Part shown: piece by piece, positions 8,034 to 17,019 of the stretch | How the letters are laid out: each line of letters opens with the position of its first letter | Position numbering within the stretch: the first letter of the stretch is position 1 | Assembly: GCA_049579585.1 (NCBI GenBank) | Contig: JBAUOE010000105.1 | Span: forward strand, 1 to 58,111 | DNA length: 58,111 nucleotides | Origin: Solirubrobacterales bacterium | Lineage (GTDB): Bacteria; Actinomycetota; Thermoleophilia; Solirubrobacterales; 70-9 | Direction: 5' to 3' | Translations under genes and position numbers: made by a program | The notes under the pieces: generated by a model | What the model saw: the letters and a program-made list of their open reading frames with translations, nothing else | The model's database searches: none | Told to the model about the DNA's origin: nothing

Positions 8034-9659
8034 TTACATCCGGTCGGGGGCGGAAATACCGAGCAGCGCCAGTGACGCTTTGATCGTCTTGCCGGTCACT
8101 TCACACAGGTTGAGGCGGGCGGCCTCAACCCCTTCGCCTTCGGCCCCGATCACCTGACAGTCCCGATAGAACGCGTGGTAAGCGGCGGCGGTCTGGCTCG
8201 CGTAAGTACAGATCCGGTGCGGGGCCCGTTTCTCGGCCGCTTCGTGAACCTCGGCCGGGAATGCGATCAGCTTGGCGATCAACGCCTTTTCGGCCGGATC
8301 GACCGGTGCGGTAGCGGATTCCGCCCCGGTCCGGCCCCTGCCTTCATCACTTGCTTTGCGCAAAATGCTCTGGATTCGGGCGTGCGCATACTGGACGTAA
8401 TAGACCGGGTTGTCCGACGACTGCGAACGGGCAAGGTCAAGATCGAGATCCATGGTGCTGTCATGGCTTCGCTGAACCAGGAAATACCGGGCGGCATCGG
8501 TACCGATGTCCTCGACCAGTTCGTCCAGAGTGACGATGTCGCCGGCCCGCTTCGACATCTTGGTTCGCTGGCCGCCCTCGACGAGGTGGATCATCTGCAT
8601 TATCTGGACCTCGAACTCGACCGGCCTCTCGAAGGACTGGACCGCCGCGGTCATCCGGGCGATGTAACCGTGATGGTCAGCCCCGAGCACATCAATCAGG
8701 CGTGAATATCCACGCTCGACCTTGTCGGCGTGATAGGCGACGTCAGCGCCGAAATAGGTCGGTTCACCCCCGGAGCGCACCAGCACCCGGTCCTTGTCGT
8801 CACCGAAATCCGTGGTCCTCAGCCAGGTGGCCCCATCATCCTCGAAAGTATGACCTGTGGATTCGAGACGATCGAGCCCACGCTCGACGAGGCCGTCTTC
8901 ATAGAGCGACCTTTCCGAGAAGAACTCGTCCATTTTCACACCGAAACGCACCAGGGAATTACGGATGCTGTCAACCATCCACTCAACCCCGGTCAGGGCG
9001 AGGGCTTTCAGGTCATCAGGCTCGATCCGTTCGGCTTTCGCCCGATCTGCAAGTTCGTTCACGTAATCGCCGTGATAACCGTTCTCCGGCGGCTGCTCCC
9101 CGACCATGCGGGCGGCAATCGAAGCGGCAAAGTTCTCCACCTGCGAACCGCCATCGTTGACGTAGTACTCACTGTTGACCGTATGCCCGACTGCTTTCAA
9201 CAGACGGGTAAGAGCATCGCCGTAGGCCGCGTGGCGCCCCGAAGCTGCGGTGAGCGGACCGGTCGGGTTGGCCGAGATGAACTCGACCAGGGCGTGTTCG
9301 GGATCAGCAACGGGCGGGATCGCGGCCGATCCGGTGACAGTCAGGTCACTGACCACATCCCGGTACCAGCCGTCAGTCAGGAAAAGATTGATGAAACCGG
9401 GGCCGGCGACTTCGGTCCTTTCAACCCCGTCTCCCAGTTCGCGGGAAAGCTCCTCCGCGAGTTCAGCGGCGATCTCCCGTGGCGGACGCCCGAGGGTTTT
9501 AGCCATGAGCATGGCCGCATTGGTGCTGTAGTCGCCAAGTTCCGGCTTCGGCGATACGTCCAGGGCAGGGCGTATCGAGTCGTCGCCGGAGAAAGTCCGG
9601 GCGGTTGAAATCAGGACATCATGCAGGCGGGTTACGGGATCGAGTGAATTCACGGTCAC
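8034..9659 (-). CDS. argS: arginine--tRNA ligase
   Basis: 541 aa with class I signatures: SANPTGPL (HIGH-like region), ADHHGY, MSKRAG (KMSK-like), and a DALR-type C-terminus ending in M. Confidence 0.93.
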   Translation of the reverse strand: MTVNSLDPVTRLHDVLISTARTFSGDDSIRPALDVSPKPELGDYSTNAAMLMAKTLGRPPREIAAELAEELSRELGDGVERTEVAGPGFINLFLTDGWYRDVVSDLTVTGSAAIPPVADPEHALVEFISANPTGPLTAASGRHAAYGDALTRLLKAVGHTVNSEYYVNDGGSQVENFAASIAARMVGEQPPENGYHGDYVNELADRAKAERIEPDDLKALALTGVEWMVDSIRNSLVRFGVKMDEFFSERSLYEDGLVERGLDRLESTGHTFEDDGATWLRTTDFGDDKDRVLVRSGGEPTYFGADVAYHADKVERGYSRLIDVLGADHHGYIARMTAAVQSFERPVEFEVQIMQMIHLVEGGQRTKMSKRAGDIVTLDELVEDIGTDAARYFLVQRSHDSTMDLDLDLARSQSSDNPVYYVQYAHARIQSILRKASDEGRGRTGAESATAPVDPAEKALIAKLIAFPAEVHEAAEKRAPHRICTYASQTAAAYHAFYRDCQVIGAEGEGVEAARLNLCEVTGKTIKASLALLGISAPDRM

Positions 9660-9689
9660 CCATCTTAAGCCTCGCGGTCCGGAAGGCTT

Positions 9690-10106
9690 TCAGAGGTGGT
9701 AGTTCTCTCCGGCCAGGATCTTCGACGCCCGGAAGATCTGTTCAAGCAGGACGATCCGGGCCAACTGGTGAGCAAGGGTCTGTTCTCCCAGCGAAATCCG
9801 CTCCTTGACCTGCTTTCTAACCGGTGCCGGCAGCCCGGCAGGACCGCCGATCAGGAAGGTGATCTTCTGCCCCTGGTGCCGGCGACGGTCCAGCCATTTC
9901 GCCCAGCCCTCCGAACTCATCTGGGGTCCGGCGAAGTCGAGGGCGACCAGGTGGTTGGATTCATCGATCCTTCGCTGCAGCGAATCGTCATCTTTCACTT
10001 CGATGATTTCCACGGACTGTTTGGTCCGCAACATCTTGGTGTAGTGCGCTTCCGCTTCAGTGAATGGTGGACGGATCTTGCCGACCGCGAGGACCGTGAT
10101 CTTCAT
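9690..10106 (-). CDS. rlmH: 23S rRNA (pseudouridine1915-N3)-methyltransferase RlmH
   Basis: 138-aa SPOUT protein with motifs MKITVLAVGK, FLIGGPAG and LAHQLARIVLLEQIFRA...G..YH. Confidence 0.88.
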   Translation of the reverse strand: MKITVLAVGKIRPPFTEAEAHYTKMLRTKQSVEIIEVKDDDSLQRRIDESNHLVALDFAGPQMSSEGWAKWLDRRRHQGQKITFLIGGPAGLPAPVRKQVKERISLGEQTLAHQLARIVLLEQIFRASKILAGENYHL

Positions 10107-11365
10107 TTGTCTTCTCCGGCACGCAAGGCTTCAGCAACACCGATTCTCTCGAGGATGGTGGGGTGGGTTCCGAAAACGTACTGGTAAATAGCGGGTGGAT
10201 CGGGATCAGTCAGGTTCGAATCACCGAGTTGCTGCTGGAGGCCAATCATGCTCTCCGGATCACCGGTGAGTTCCATCGCAAACGCGTCGGCGTGGATCTC
10301 GATGTCCCGGGACAGGACATTGCCCGGAACGGTGAGAACCAGGGTGGCTACCGCAACCATGAGAGCAAGGGCAGGCAGAATCGCCGGTCCCGAATCGTCG
10401 TCGCCTCGCCCCCGAACGATCACGGCGGTTCCGACCTGGACGAATAGCACCCCCAGCGGGATGACCAGAAGGGCGAAGCCGAGCCCGCGATACAGGTCGT
10501 TCGATTCCACATGGCCCAGTTCATGGGCGATCAGAGCCGACAGTTCGGCACCCGAAAGCTCATTGATCGCGTTGTCGTAAATGACCACCCGTTTCGATGA
10601 ACCAATGCCATTGACCGATGCGTTCAGGGTGGACGAACGTCGACTCGCATCCACCTCGTAAACCTGACCTACATCCACCCCGGCTTCATCGGCCAGGCGC
10701 AGGACCTTTGATCTGACCGGACCCTCGGGCAGCGGCGTGAAATCGTTGAAGAGCGGCGATACCAGGACCGGCCAGAGCCACACAAACACGATGGCGTAAG
10801 CGACGACAAGTGCGGACCCGACTATCCAGAACCTGCGTTGGAACCGCCTCCAGAGCCAGACCGCCACGATCGCCCCGATGGCAGCCAGCAGACAGCCGAT
10901 CAGTGCCGCGAGAAGAAAGTCGGTAAGCCAGCCCCAGTGGCCCTGGGTGACCAGGCCGTAATCCCTTCCCTGGTTGAAGGCAAGCAGCGAGAACGGAAAC
11001 CGGACGGCAGCGACGGTGAGGGATATGCCGGCCCCGGCCAGTGCCGCGCCGCGCCAGGTATGACCGGTGGCCCAGCGAAGAAATGATCGCAGCGGCGACC
11101 CCCGGTAGAAAGCGAGAAAGGCCAGGGTCGCGAATTCGGCCAGCATCGCTCCGATCGCGATCAACCGGCGTTCGGAACGGAAATCCTGCGCACGCTCAAC
11201 CAGGGCAGGGTTGAAATAGTCGCCCGCCGAGAGCGATTTCGGATCGACGGACCCGCCCGGGGCCAGCAGCCAACTGACCAGGTAGGCAAATAACAGTGCC
11301 GCCAGACCCACCCAGATAAGGGAACTGGCTTTCATCGGATTCGGGCGCTCCCGGTCGGCGCTCAT
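10103..11365 (-). CDS. M48 family (Ste24/HtpX-like) membrane metalloprotease
   Basis: Multi-TM N-terminal half, the zinc motif HELGHVESND, and a distal E..HAD region. Confidence 0.8.
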   Translation of the reverse strand: MSADRERPNPMKASSLIWVGLAALLFAYLVSWLLAPGGSVDPKSLSAGDYFNPALVERAQDFRSERRLIAIGAMLAEFATLAFLAFYRGSPLRSFLRWATGHTWRGAALAGAGISLTVAAVRFPFSLLAFNQGRDYGLVTQGHWGWLTDFLLAALIGCLLAAIGAIVAVWLWRRFQRRFWIVGSALVVAYAIVFVWLWPVLVSPLFNDFTPLPEGPVRSKVLRLADEAGVDVGQVYEVDASRRSSTLNASVNGIGSSKRVVIYDNAINELSGAELSALIAHELGHVESNDLYRGLGFALLVIPLGVLFVQVGTAVIVRGRGDDDSGPAILPALALMVAVATLVLTVPGNVLSRDIEIHADAFAMELTGDPESMIGLQQQLGDSNLTDPDPPAIYQYVFGTHPTILERIGVAEALRAGEDK

Positions 11366-11428
11366 GGGCCTCTACGATAGACCCAGCGGCCCGGACGCCC
11401 CTGCCAGCCAGTTCCACCCGCCGAATCC

Positions 11429-12166
11429 ATGAACGTAGCCGTAATCTCCGACATCCACGCCAACCTTCCTGCCCTGAATACGGTCGTTGAAGCGATCGAT
11501 GAATCAGGTGTTGACGAGATCTGGTGCCTTGGCGATGCCGTCGGCTACGGGGCCAGCCCGTCCGAATGCCTGGAGATCCTGAGCGATCGGTGCAGCGTCT
11601 TCCTGCTCGGCAACCATGATCTCGCCGCACTTGAACAGATCGACATTTCAACTTTCAGCCCCGGGGCAGCCCGCGCGGCAATCTGGACCAGGGAGAACCT
11701 GACCCCGGAAGCAATCAAAACCCTGCGGTCGCTGGCCGGACCCTCTTCGATACAGGGAGAAATCGGCCTTTACCATGCTTCGCCGAGAGATCCTGTGTGG
11801 GAATACGTGATCGACACCGACCACGCTGATGAGAATTTCGATGCCCAGGATGAACGAATCGCGATGATCGGCCATTCCCATATTGCGCTTCATTTCAGCC
11901 GCGAAACCGGTGAAGCAGCCACCTCTTCAATTGTCGCCCAGGACGGATCGTCAATAGCGATGAAGTCGGGCCAGTGGCTGGTCAACCCTGGCAGCGTCGG
12001 CCAGCCCCGGGACGGAGATCCTCGGGCCGCCTGGCTGAGTCTCGACACGGAATCCCTGGAAGCCACCTTCCACCGGGTTGAGTACCCGATCGAGAAGGCC
12101 GCCGGCGCGATCCGTGATGCCGGACTCCCTCAGCAACTGGCCGACCGTCTTTTTCAGGGACGCTAA
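11429..12166 (+). CDS. metallophosphoesterase (calcineurin-like) family protein
   Basis: Ordered motifs DIHAN, GDAVGYG, GNHD and GHSH. Confidence 0.8.
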   Translation: MNVAVISDIHANLPALNTVVEAIDESGVDEIWCLGDAVGYGASPSECLEILSDRCSVFLLGNHDLAALEQIDISTFSPGAARAAIWTRENLTPEAIKTLRSLAGPSSIQGEIGLYHASPRDPVWEYVIDTDHADENFDAQDERIAMIGHSHIALHFSRETGEAATSSIVAQDGSSIAMKSGQWLVNPGSVGQPRDGDPRAAWLSLDTESLEATFHRVEYPIEKAAGAIRDAGLPQQLADRLFQGR

Positions 12167-12168
12167 CC

Positions 12169-12753
12169 ATGCGCAGCAGGAAAACAGTCTGGGCGATCGG
12201 AGTCGTCCTCGCGATCGCGGCCGGGATAACTGCCGGCCTGCTGATGAGCGGCGAGGACCGTTCCCAGCTCTTCCCGTCCGAAGACGTTGCCGCGATAACG
12301 GAGAACATCGATCAGGCGGAAGCCCTTGCTGCCAGTGGCAACTGCTTCCGGGCACTGAAGCCGGCCGGCGAAGCGCAGGCGCAGGCCGAGAACCTTTCAT
12401 CCTCAGTTGATCCTGCCCTGAAACGATCACTGATCGATGGTGTAGTCAGATTGGTACTTCGCATCGGCAACCAATGCGAAGAGAACCCTGAAACCGGAAA
12501 TACCGGTACTACCGATCCCGTTGAAACGGAACCCGAAGTAGCTCCTACTGGCGACACGGGCACGACTTCAGACGAAAAACAGACCGACTCGACGGCGAAG
12601 AAAGACAAGCAACCATCGGAAAAAACGACCAAACCGACGCCGGAACCGAAGCCGACGCCCGAACCGGTCGAACCGCCGACAACCACCCCACCAACCCCCG
12701 AGCCGCCGGTGGACACCGGACCCGGTTCCGGCGGCATCTCCCCCGATCAGTAA
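12169..12753 (+). CDS. membrane-anchored protein with Pro/Thr/Glu-rich tail, unknown function
   Basis: 194 aa with an N-terminal TM (WAIGVVLAIAAGITAGLLM), a small two-Cys domain and a TPEP-repeat-like tail. It sits 2 nt after the phosphoesterase and 13 nt before the kinase. Confidence 0.5.
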   Translation: MRSRKTVWAIGVVLAIAAGITAGLLMSGEDRSQLFPSEDVAAITENIDQAEALAASGNCFRALKPAGEAQAQAENLSSSVDPALKRSLIDGVVRLVLRIGNQCEENPETGNTGTTDPVETEPEVAPTGDTGTTSDEKQTDSTAKKDKQPSEKTTKPTPEPKPTPEPVEPPTTTPPTPEPPVDTGPGSGGISPDQ

Positions 12754-12766
12754 AGCTGAACAGGCA

Positions 12767-13966
12767 ATGACCGACACAACAGCCCTTGGCGACCGATACG
12801 AGCTCCATGACAAGCTCGGTTCCGGAGGCATGTCAAATGTCTACCGGGCGACTGATCGCATCCTCGAACGCACGGTAGCGGTCAAGGTCCTGGCTGAACA
12901 TCTTTCCGACGATGATCGTTTCGTCGCGCGCTTCCGCCGGGAGGCCCTGGCAGTCGCCAAATTGATCCATCCGAACATCGTCCAGGTCTACGACACCGGG
13001 GTTGACAGTGGCCGGCATTTCATCGTCATGGAATGTGTTGAAGGACGATCCGGAGCCCAGCTTTTGAAGAGCAGCGGCGTGCTTGACCCTGAAACCACGG
13101 TTGAGATCGGTGTTCAGGCCTGCGCCGGGCTGGAATACGCCCATCGCCACGGGATCATCCATCGTGACGTGAAACCCGGCAACCTGATGGTTACCGGTGG
13201 CCCTTCGGGCGGCGGGGAAATGACCTGCAAACTGACTGATTTCGGGATCGCCAGGGCGGCCGAGCAGACCCGCATCACCCAGGTCGGATCGGTAGTCGGC
13301 ACCGCCGCCTACCTGGCGCCTGAACAGGTCCGGGGTGAAGAAGCAACCCCAGCCACTGACGTCTATGCCCTCGGAGTGGTCCTCTACCAGTTCCTGACCG
13401 GCCGTTTGCCCTACGAAGGCTCGTCCCTGGCTGAACTGGCGATCAGGCAGCAGAACGAGAAACCTCTGCCCCCCAGGACTTACAATTCCGATGTTCCGGA
13501 AACGGTGAGTGGATCAGTGATGCGCGCCCTCGAAGGCGACAAGAACCTGCGTTTCCACTCGGCCGGCGCCCTTTCCGACGGACTCGAACGCGGCCTGCGC
13601 GGTGAAGACGTAACCATCCAGATGGATGATGACGGGCCGAGGACTCCGGAGCACTTCCCGTTGGCGGAAACCGCCACCCGGCCCCTGGAACGTACCGCCC
13701 GCACGGCCCACCGACCTGCGCCCGCACCCCCGAGGTACAAAGGCCCTCCACCCCGTCCCGTGCTCAAGAAGCGCTCGTTTTTCAACCGGGCTTTTCGATT
13801 CGTGGCTGGCATGATCGCGCTGGTCCTGATCGCCGCGGTCGTGGCGGGTGTGGTCATCTCCCTGACCGATCAGGCAGCCAAAATAAAGATTCGGGAATGG
13901 ACTTCGGAATCGGTCGACCGGGTAACGGTTGACCTCAAGGAATTCCTCAGAGACAACACGCAGTAG
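12767..13966 (+). CDS. Ser/Thr protein kinase (Hanks type), single C-terminal TM
   Basis: GSGGMSNVY...VAVK, HRDVKPGN, DFG and APE motifs. The TM MIALVLIAAVVAGVVISL lies near the C-terminus. No PASTA repeats. Confidence 0.9.
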   Translation: MTDTTALGDRYELHDKLGSGGMSNVYRATDRILERTVAVKVLAEHLSDDDRFVARFRREALAVAKLIHPNIVQVYDTGVDSGRHFIVMECVEGRSGAQLLKSSGVLDPETTVEIGVQACAGLEYAHRHGIIHRDVKPGNLMVTGGPSGGGEMTCKLTDFGIARAAEQTRITQVGSVVGTAAYLAPEQVRGEEATPATDVYALGVVLYQFLTGRLPYEGSSLAELAIRQQNEKPLPPRTYNSDVPETVSGSVMRALEGDKNLRFHSAGALSDGLERGLRGEDVTIQMDDDGPRTPEHFPLAETATRPLERTARTAHRPAPAPPRYKGPPPRPVLKKRSFFNRAFRFVAGMIALVLIAAVVAGVVISLTDQAAKIKIREWTSESVDRVTVDLKEFLRDNTQ

Positions 13967-13989
13967 ACGGCGCCAACTGGCCCGGCTTC

Positions 13990-14718
13990 TTATTTGATGT
14001 CGCTGCGCATCAGGCGGATCGTCCCGAGCGCAAGCAGACCAAGAACCCAGGCAGCAACGATGACCACGGCAACGACACCTGCCTGTTCGACTTGAACGCC
14101 AAAAATGTCGGATTCGTAACCACGAATGTTGTCGGTCAGTTTGGCCAGGGCCGGCCCCATCGCGAAATCACCGACCTTGGGGATCGCCGGGATGATGCTG
14201 TCAATGATGAAGATGAAGACGAGGGCGATCGTCATGCCACCCGCCATGCTCATCACCAGCAGCGAGAACGCCATGCCGACCGTTGCGTACACGAGGTTGA
14301 TGAGCATCGAAGCGAGTCCGGCCCGGAAAACTTCTTCGGCTGAAATCGACTGGTCGTGACGTGCCGCGGCCAGGTCGAACAGTGGCCAGGCGACCAGGTG
14401 GAACAGCACGGTGACGATCAGCAAGAAGAAAACGACCGCGAGAATCTTCGACATGATCAATCGTCCCCGGCGGGGGTCGGCGGTGAGCGTTCGCCTCACC
14501 GTGTTCTGGCCGAATTCCACACCGAAGATCCAGACCCCGAAAACGATTGACGCGATGCTCAGCGGGAAACCAACGGCCAGGTCGATGATGCCCGAGTCAT
14601 CGCCGCCTGTTCCCCAGATGATGGTCGAGACGAGGCCGATCAGGAAACAGAAGAGCACTGCAACGAGACACCATCGCGGGGTTGGCATCGAACGGATCTT
14701 GAGGATTTCAGCCGACAT
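13990..14718 (-). CDS. ABC-2 type transporter permease
   Basis: 242-aa polytopic membrane protein that overlaps the upstream ATPase gene by 11 nt. Confidence 0.65.
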   Translation of the reverse strand: MSAEILKIRSMPTPRWCLVAVLFCFLIGLVSTIIWGTGGDDSGIIDLAVGFPLSIASIVFGVWIFGVEFGQNTVRRTLTADPRRGRLIMSKILAVVFFLLIVTVLFHLVAWPLFDLAAARHDQSISAEEVFRAGLASMLINLVYATVGMAFSLLVMSMAGGMTIALVFIFIIDSIIPAIPKVGDFAMGPALAKLTDNIRGYESDIFGVQVEQAGVVAVVIVAAWVLGLLALGTIRLMRSDIK

Positions 14719-15706
14719 CGCGCATCCTCCCCGAACCGTCAGGACCCCCGGTCAGGGTCAGGAAGACGCTCTCCAGGTCAGGGTTGTCCCGGCGAAGCTC
14801 GGAGACGTAGACACCGGCACCGGCCAGCAGGACATTGATCTGTGAACCGTCTTCGACCGGACCGGTGATAGCCAGTTCACGGATCGGTGCTTCTGGTGGC
14901 AAATCCCGGCTTTCGACAAGGCCGACGCCCAGACCAACCTCATGCAGAGCAGCGGCTGCGGCGTCCACTTCTTCGCTGGCAACCCGCACGCGATAGCCGC
15001 CCTTGACGCCGGCCTGGCTGAGAATTTCAGCCATGGTGCCGTCGGCAACGACTTCCCCCCGGTTGATGATCGTGGCGCGATCACACATCAGTTCAACCTC
15101 AGCCAGGAGGTGTGATGAGACCAGCACGGTCACGCCCGATTCGGGCAGCCTTTTGATCAGTTCCCGCATCTCGACGATGCCGGCGGGATCGAGTCCGTTG
15201 GTCGGTTCGTCGAGGATTACCAGCCGGGGGTTTCCGAGCAGAGCGATGGCCAGGCCGAGGCGCTGCTTCATGCCCATTGAGAATCCGCGGGTATTCGAAT
15301 TCGCCCGGGCGGAGAGCCCGACCAGTTCGAGCAGTCGATCTATTTCAGGATCGGCGTTCTTCAGCCCACGGGCCTTCGCCTGAATCTGCATGTTCCGACG
15401 GGCGGTTGTCCTCCCGTAGAGCGAAGGTCCTTCGATCAGGGCCCCGGTCTGGCGGACAGCAGCGGCGAAACCCCGGCTCCCGGTTGAAGCACCGAGCAAT
15501 GACGACCTGCCGGAGTTCACACGGGTCAGTCCGAGCAGGGCCCGGATCGCGGTTGTTTTGCCGGATCCGTTTGGTCCGAGCAGCCCGCAGACCGAACCTT
15601 CAACCACGTCGAGCGACAGTTCATTCAGGGCCAGGGTGCTGCCGAACCGGCGGACCAGGCCTTCCATCGAAGCGAGTGAACCTGTTCTCACGGCAGCGCC
15701 GTTCAT
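14708..15706 (-). CDS. ABC transporter ATP-binding protein
   Basis: Walker A GPNGSGKTT, signature SMGMKQR, Walker B LVILDEPTNGLD, plus a C-terminal extra domain. Confidence 0.88.
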   Translation of the reverse strand: MNGAAVRTGSLASMEGLVRRFGSTLALNELSLDVVEGSVCGLLGPNGSGKTTAIRALLGLTRVNSGRSSLLGASTGSRGFAAAVRQTGALIEGPSLYGRTTARRNMQIQAKARGLKNADPEIDRLLELVGLSARANSNTRGFSMGMKQRLGLAIALLGNPRLVILDEPTNGLDPAGIVEMRELIKRLPESGVTVLVSSHLLAEVELMCDRATIINRGEVVADGTMAEILSQAGVKGGYRVRVASEEVDAAAAALHEVGLGVGLVESRDLPPEAPIRELAITGPVEDGSQINVLLAGAGVYVSELRRDNPDLESVFLTLTGGPDGSGRMRDVG

Positions 15707-16965
15707 CAGGCTTCCCAGGGAACGGTTCCGTCGAGCACCCGACTGCTGTATTCAGCAAACCGTCCCGCCGATATCGCGTCCCTTGCGGCTGACATCAGTC
15801 GCTCCATGTAAGTCAGGTTGTGTTCGACCAGAAGCCTTACCGCGGTCAGTTCTTCCGACCGTGAGATGTAGTTGACGTAGTCGCGATCGTAATCGGAGCA
15901 GGTGACGCAGGGGCAACCTTCCACGATGGGTTCGTGCTGGCCGGCCATGCCACCTTTGCGCAGGTCGACCCGGAAACGCTTCTCCGGTTCGGGAGCCATA
16001 GCCATGCCATGACGGGCAAGCCGGGTCGGCACCGCGCAATCGAAGACGTCGAGGCCGAGAGCGATTCCGCGCATCAAATCGTCAACTTCGCCGATCCCGA
16101 GAAGGTGTTTGGGGGCATCCACCGGCAGGGCGGGAACGGTGAAGCCGAGCACTTCCGCCATTTCTTCCTTGTCGCGTCCCAGAGTGCCGCCGATAGCGAT
16201 CCCGTCGACCTGTGCTTCGCCTACGTACTGGCACGACTCGAGTCGCAGGTCTTCATAGGTTCCGCCCTGAATGATTCCGAAAACTGCCTGTCCTGCCGGG
16301 GCGTGGTCCTGATGCCATTTGAGGCTGCGGTCGAGCCAGCGGTGGGTGCGTTCGGTCGACCGGGCCGTGTATTCACGGTCGGCGTGGAAAGGGGTGCATT
16401 CATCGAAGACCAGGGCGATGTCGGAAGCGAGATCTGCCTGCACCGACATTGAGGCTTCCGGGGACAGCATCAGTTCAGAGCCATCCTTGTAGGAGCGAAA
16501 ACGGACACCCTCCTCTTCAATTCCAAGGGTTTTCGCAAGGCCCTGCATTTTGCGGCCGGTTCCTTTGATCTCTTCCGCCACGCCGCCATGGGCCAGTGAG
16601 AAGACCTGGAAACCACCGGAGTCGGTGATTATCGCTTTGTCCCAGGCCATGAACTTGTGGAGGCCGCCCGCTTCACGCATCCGTTCCGGGCCTGGAGCAA
16701 CCAGCAGGTGGTAGGTGTTGCCAAGCACCATTTCGTAACCGAAGCCGGCGACTTCCCGCGACGACATGCCGCGTACGCTGCCTTTGGTTGCCAACGGGAT
16801 GAAGGCCGGGGTCTCCACCGGGCCGTGCGGGGTCTGGAGCGTGCCGCGCCGGGCATCGCCGTCACGGTCGTGAATCTTGAAAGTCAGCCGCTCAGGATCG
16901 TGGCGCACAAGGCGACAGGCTACCGGGGGGTGTCGCTCCTTGTTGGCTGCGCCCAGCGCAGACAA
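15706..16965 (-). CDS. tgt: tRNA-guanine transglycosylase (queuine tRNA-ribosyltransferase)
   Basis: ETPAFIPLATKGSV, TDSGGFQVFS, GIAIGG, and the zinc site C.C..C with a downstream H-type region. Confidence 0.9.
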   Translation of the reverse strand: MSALGAANKERHPPVACRLVRHDPERLTFKIHDRDGDARRGTLQTPHGPVETPAFIPLATKGSVRGMSSREVAGFGYEMVLGNTYHLLVAPGPERMREAGGLHKFMAWDKAIITDSGGFQVFSLAHGGVAEEIKGTGRKMQGLAKTLGIEEEGVRFRSYKDGSELMLSPEASMSVQADLASDIALVFDECTPFHADREYTARSTERTHRWLDRSLKWHQDHAPAGQAVFGIIQGGTYEDLRLESCQYVGEAQVDGIAIGGTLGRDKEEMAEVLGFTVPALPVDAPKHLLGIGEVDDLMRGIALGLDVFDCAVPTRLARHGMAMAPEPEKRFRVDLRKGGMAGQHEPIVEGCPCVTCSDYDRDYVNYISRSEELTAVRLLVEHNLTYMERLMSAARDAISAGRFAEYSSRVLDGTVPWEA

Positions 16966-17019
16966 GGAGGAGCGTTGCCTGATTCCGGTTTGGTCGGACC
17001 ACTCGGACCACTCGGGCGA

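Noticed and set aside
13990-15706. ABC ATPase/permease pairs (this one and 22084..23768) as the missing CcmA/CcmB/CcmC.
   Set aside because: The permeases look like generic ABC-2 exporters and lack the CcmC-type WGxxWxWD motif. The ATPases carry extra C-terminal domains or DrrA-like features. There is no positive evidence for heme export.
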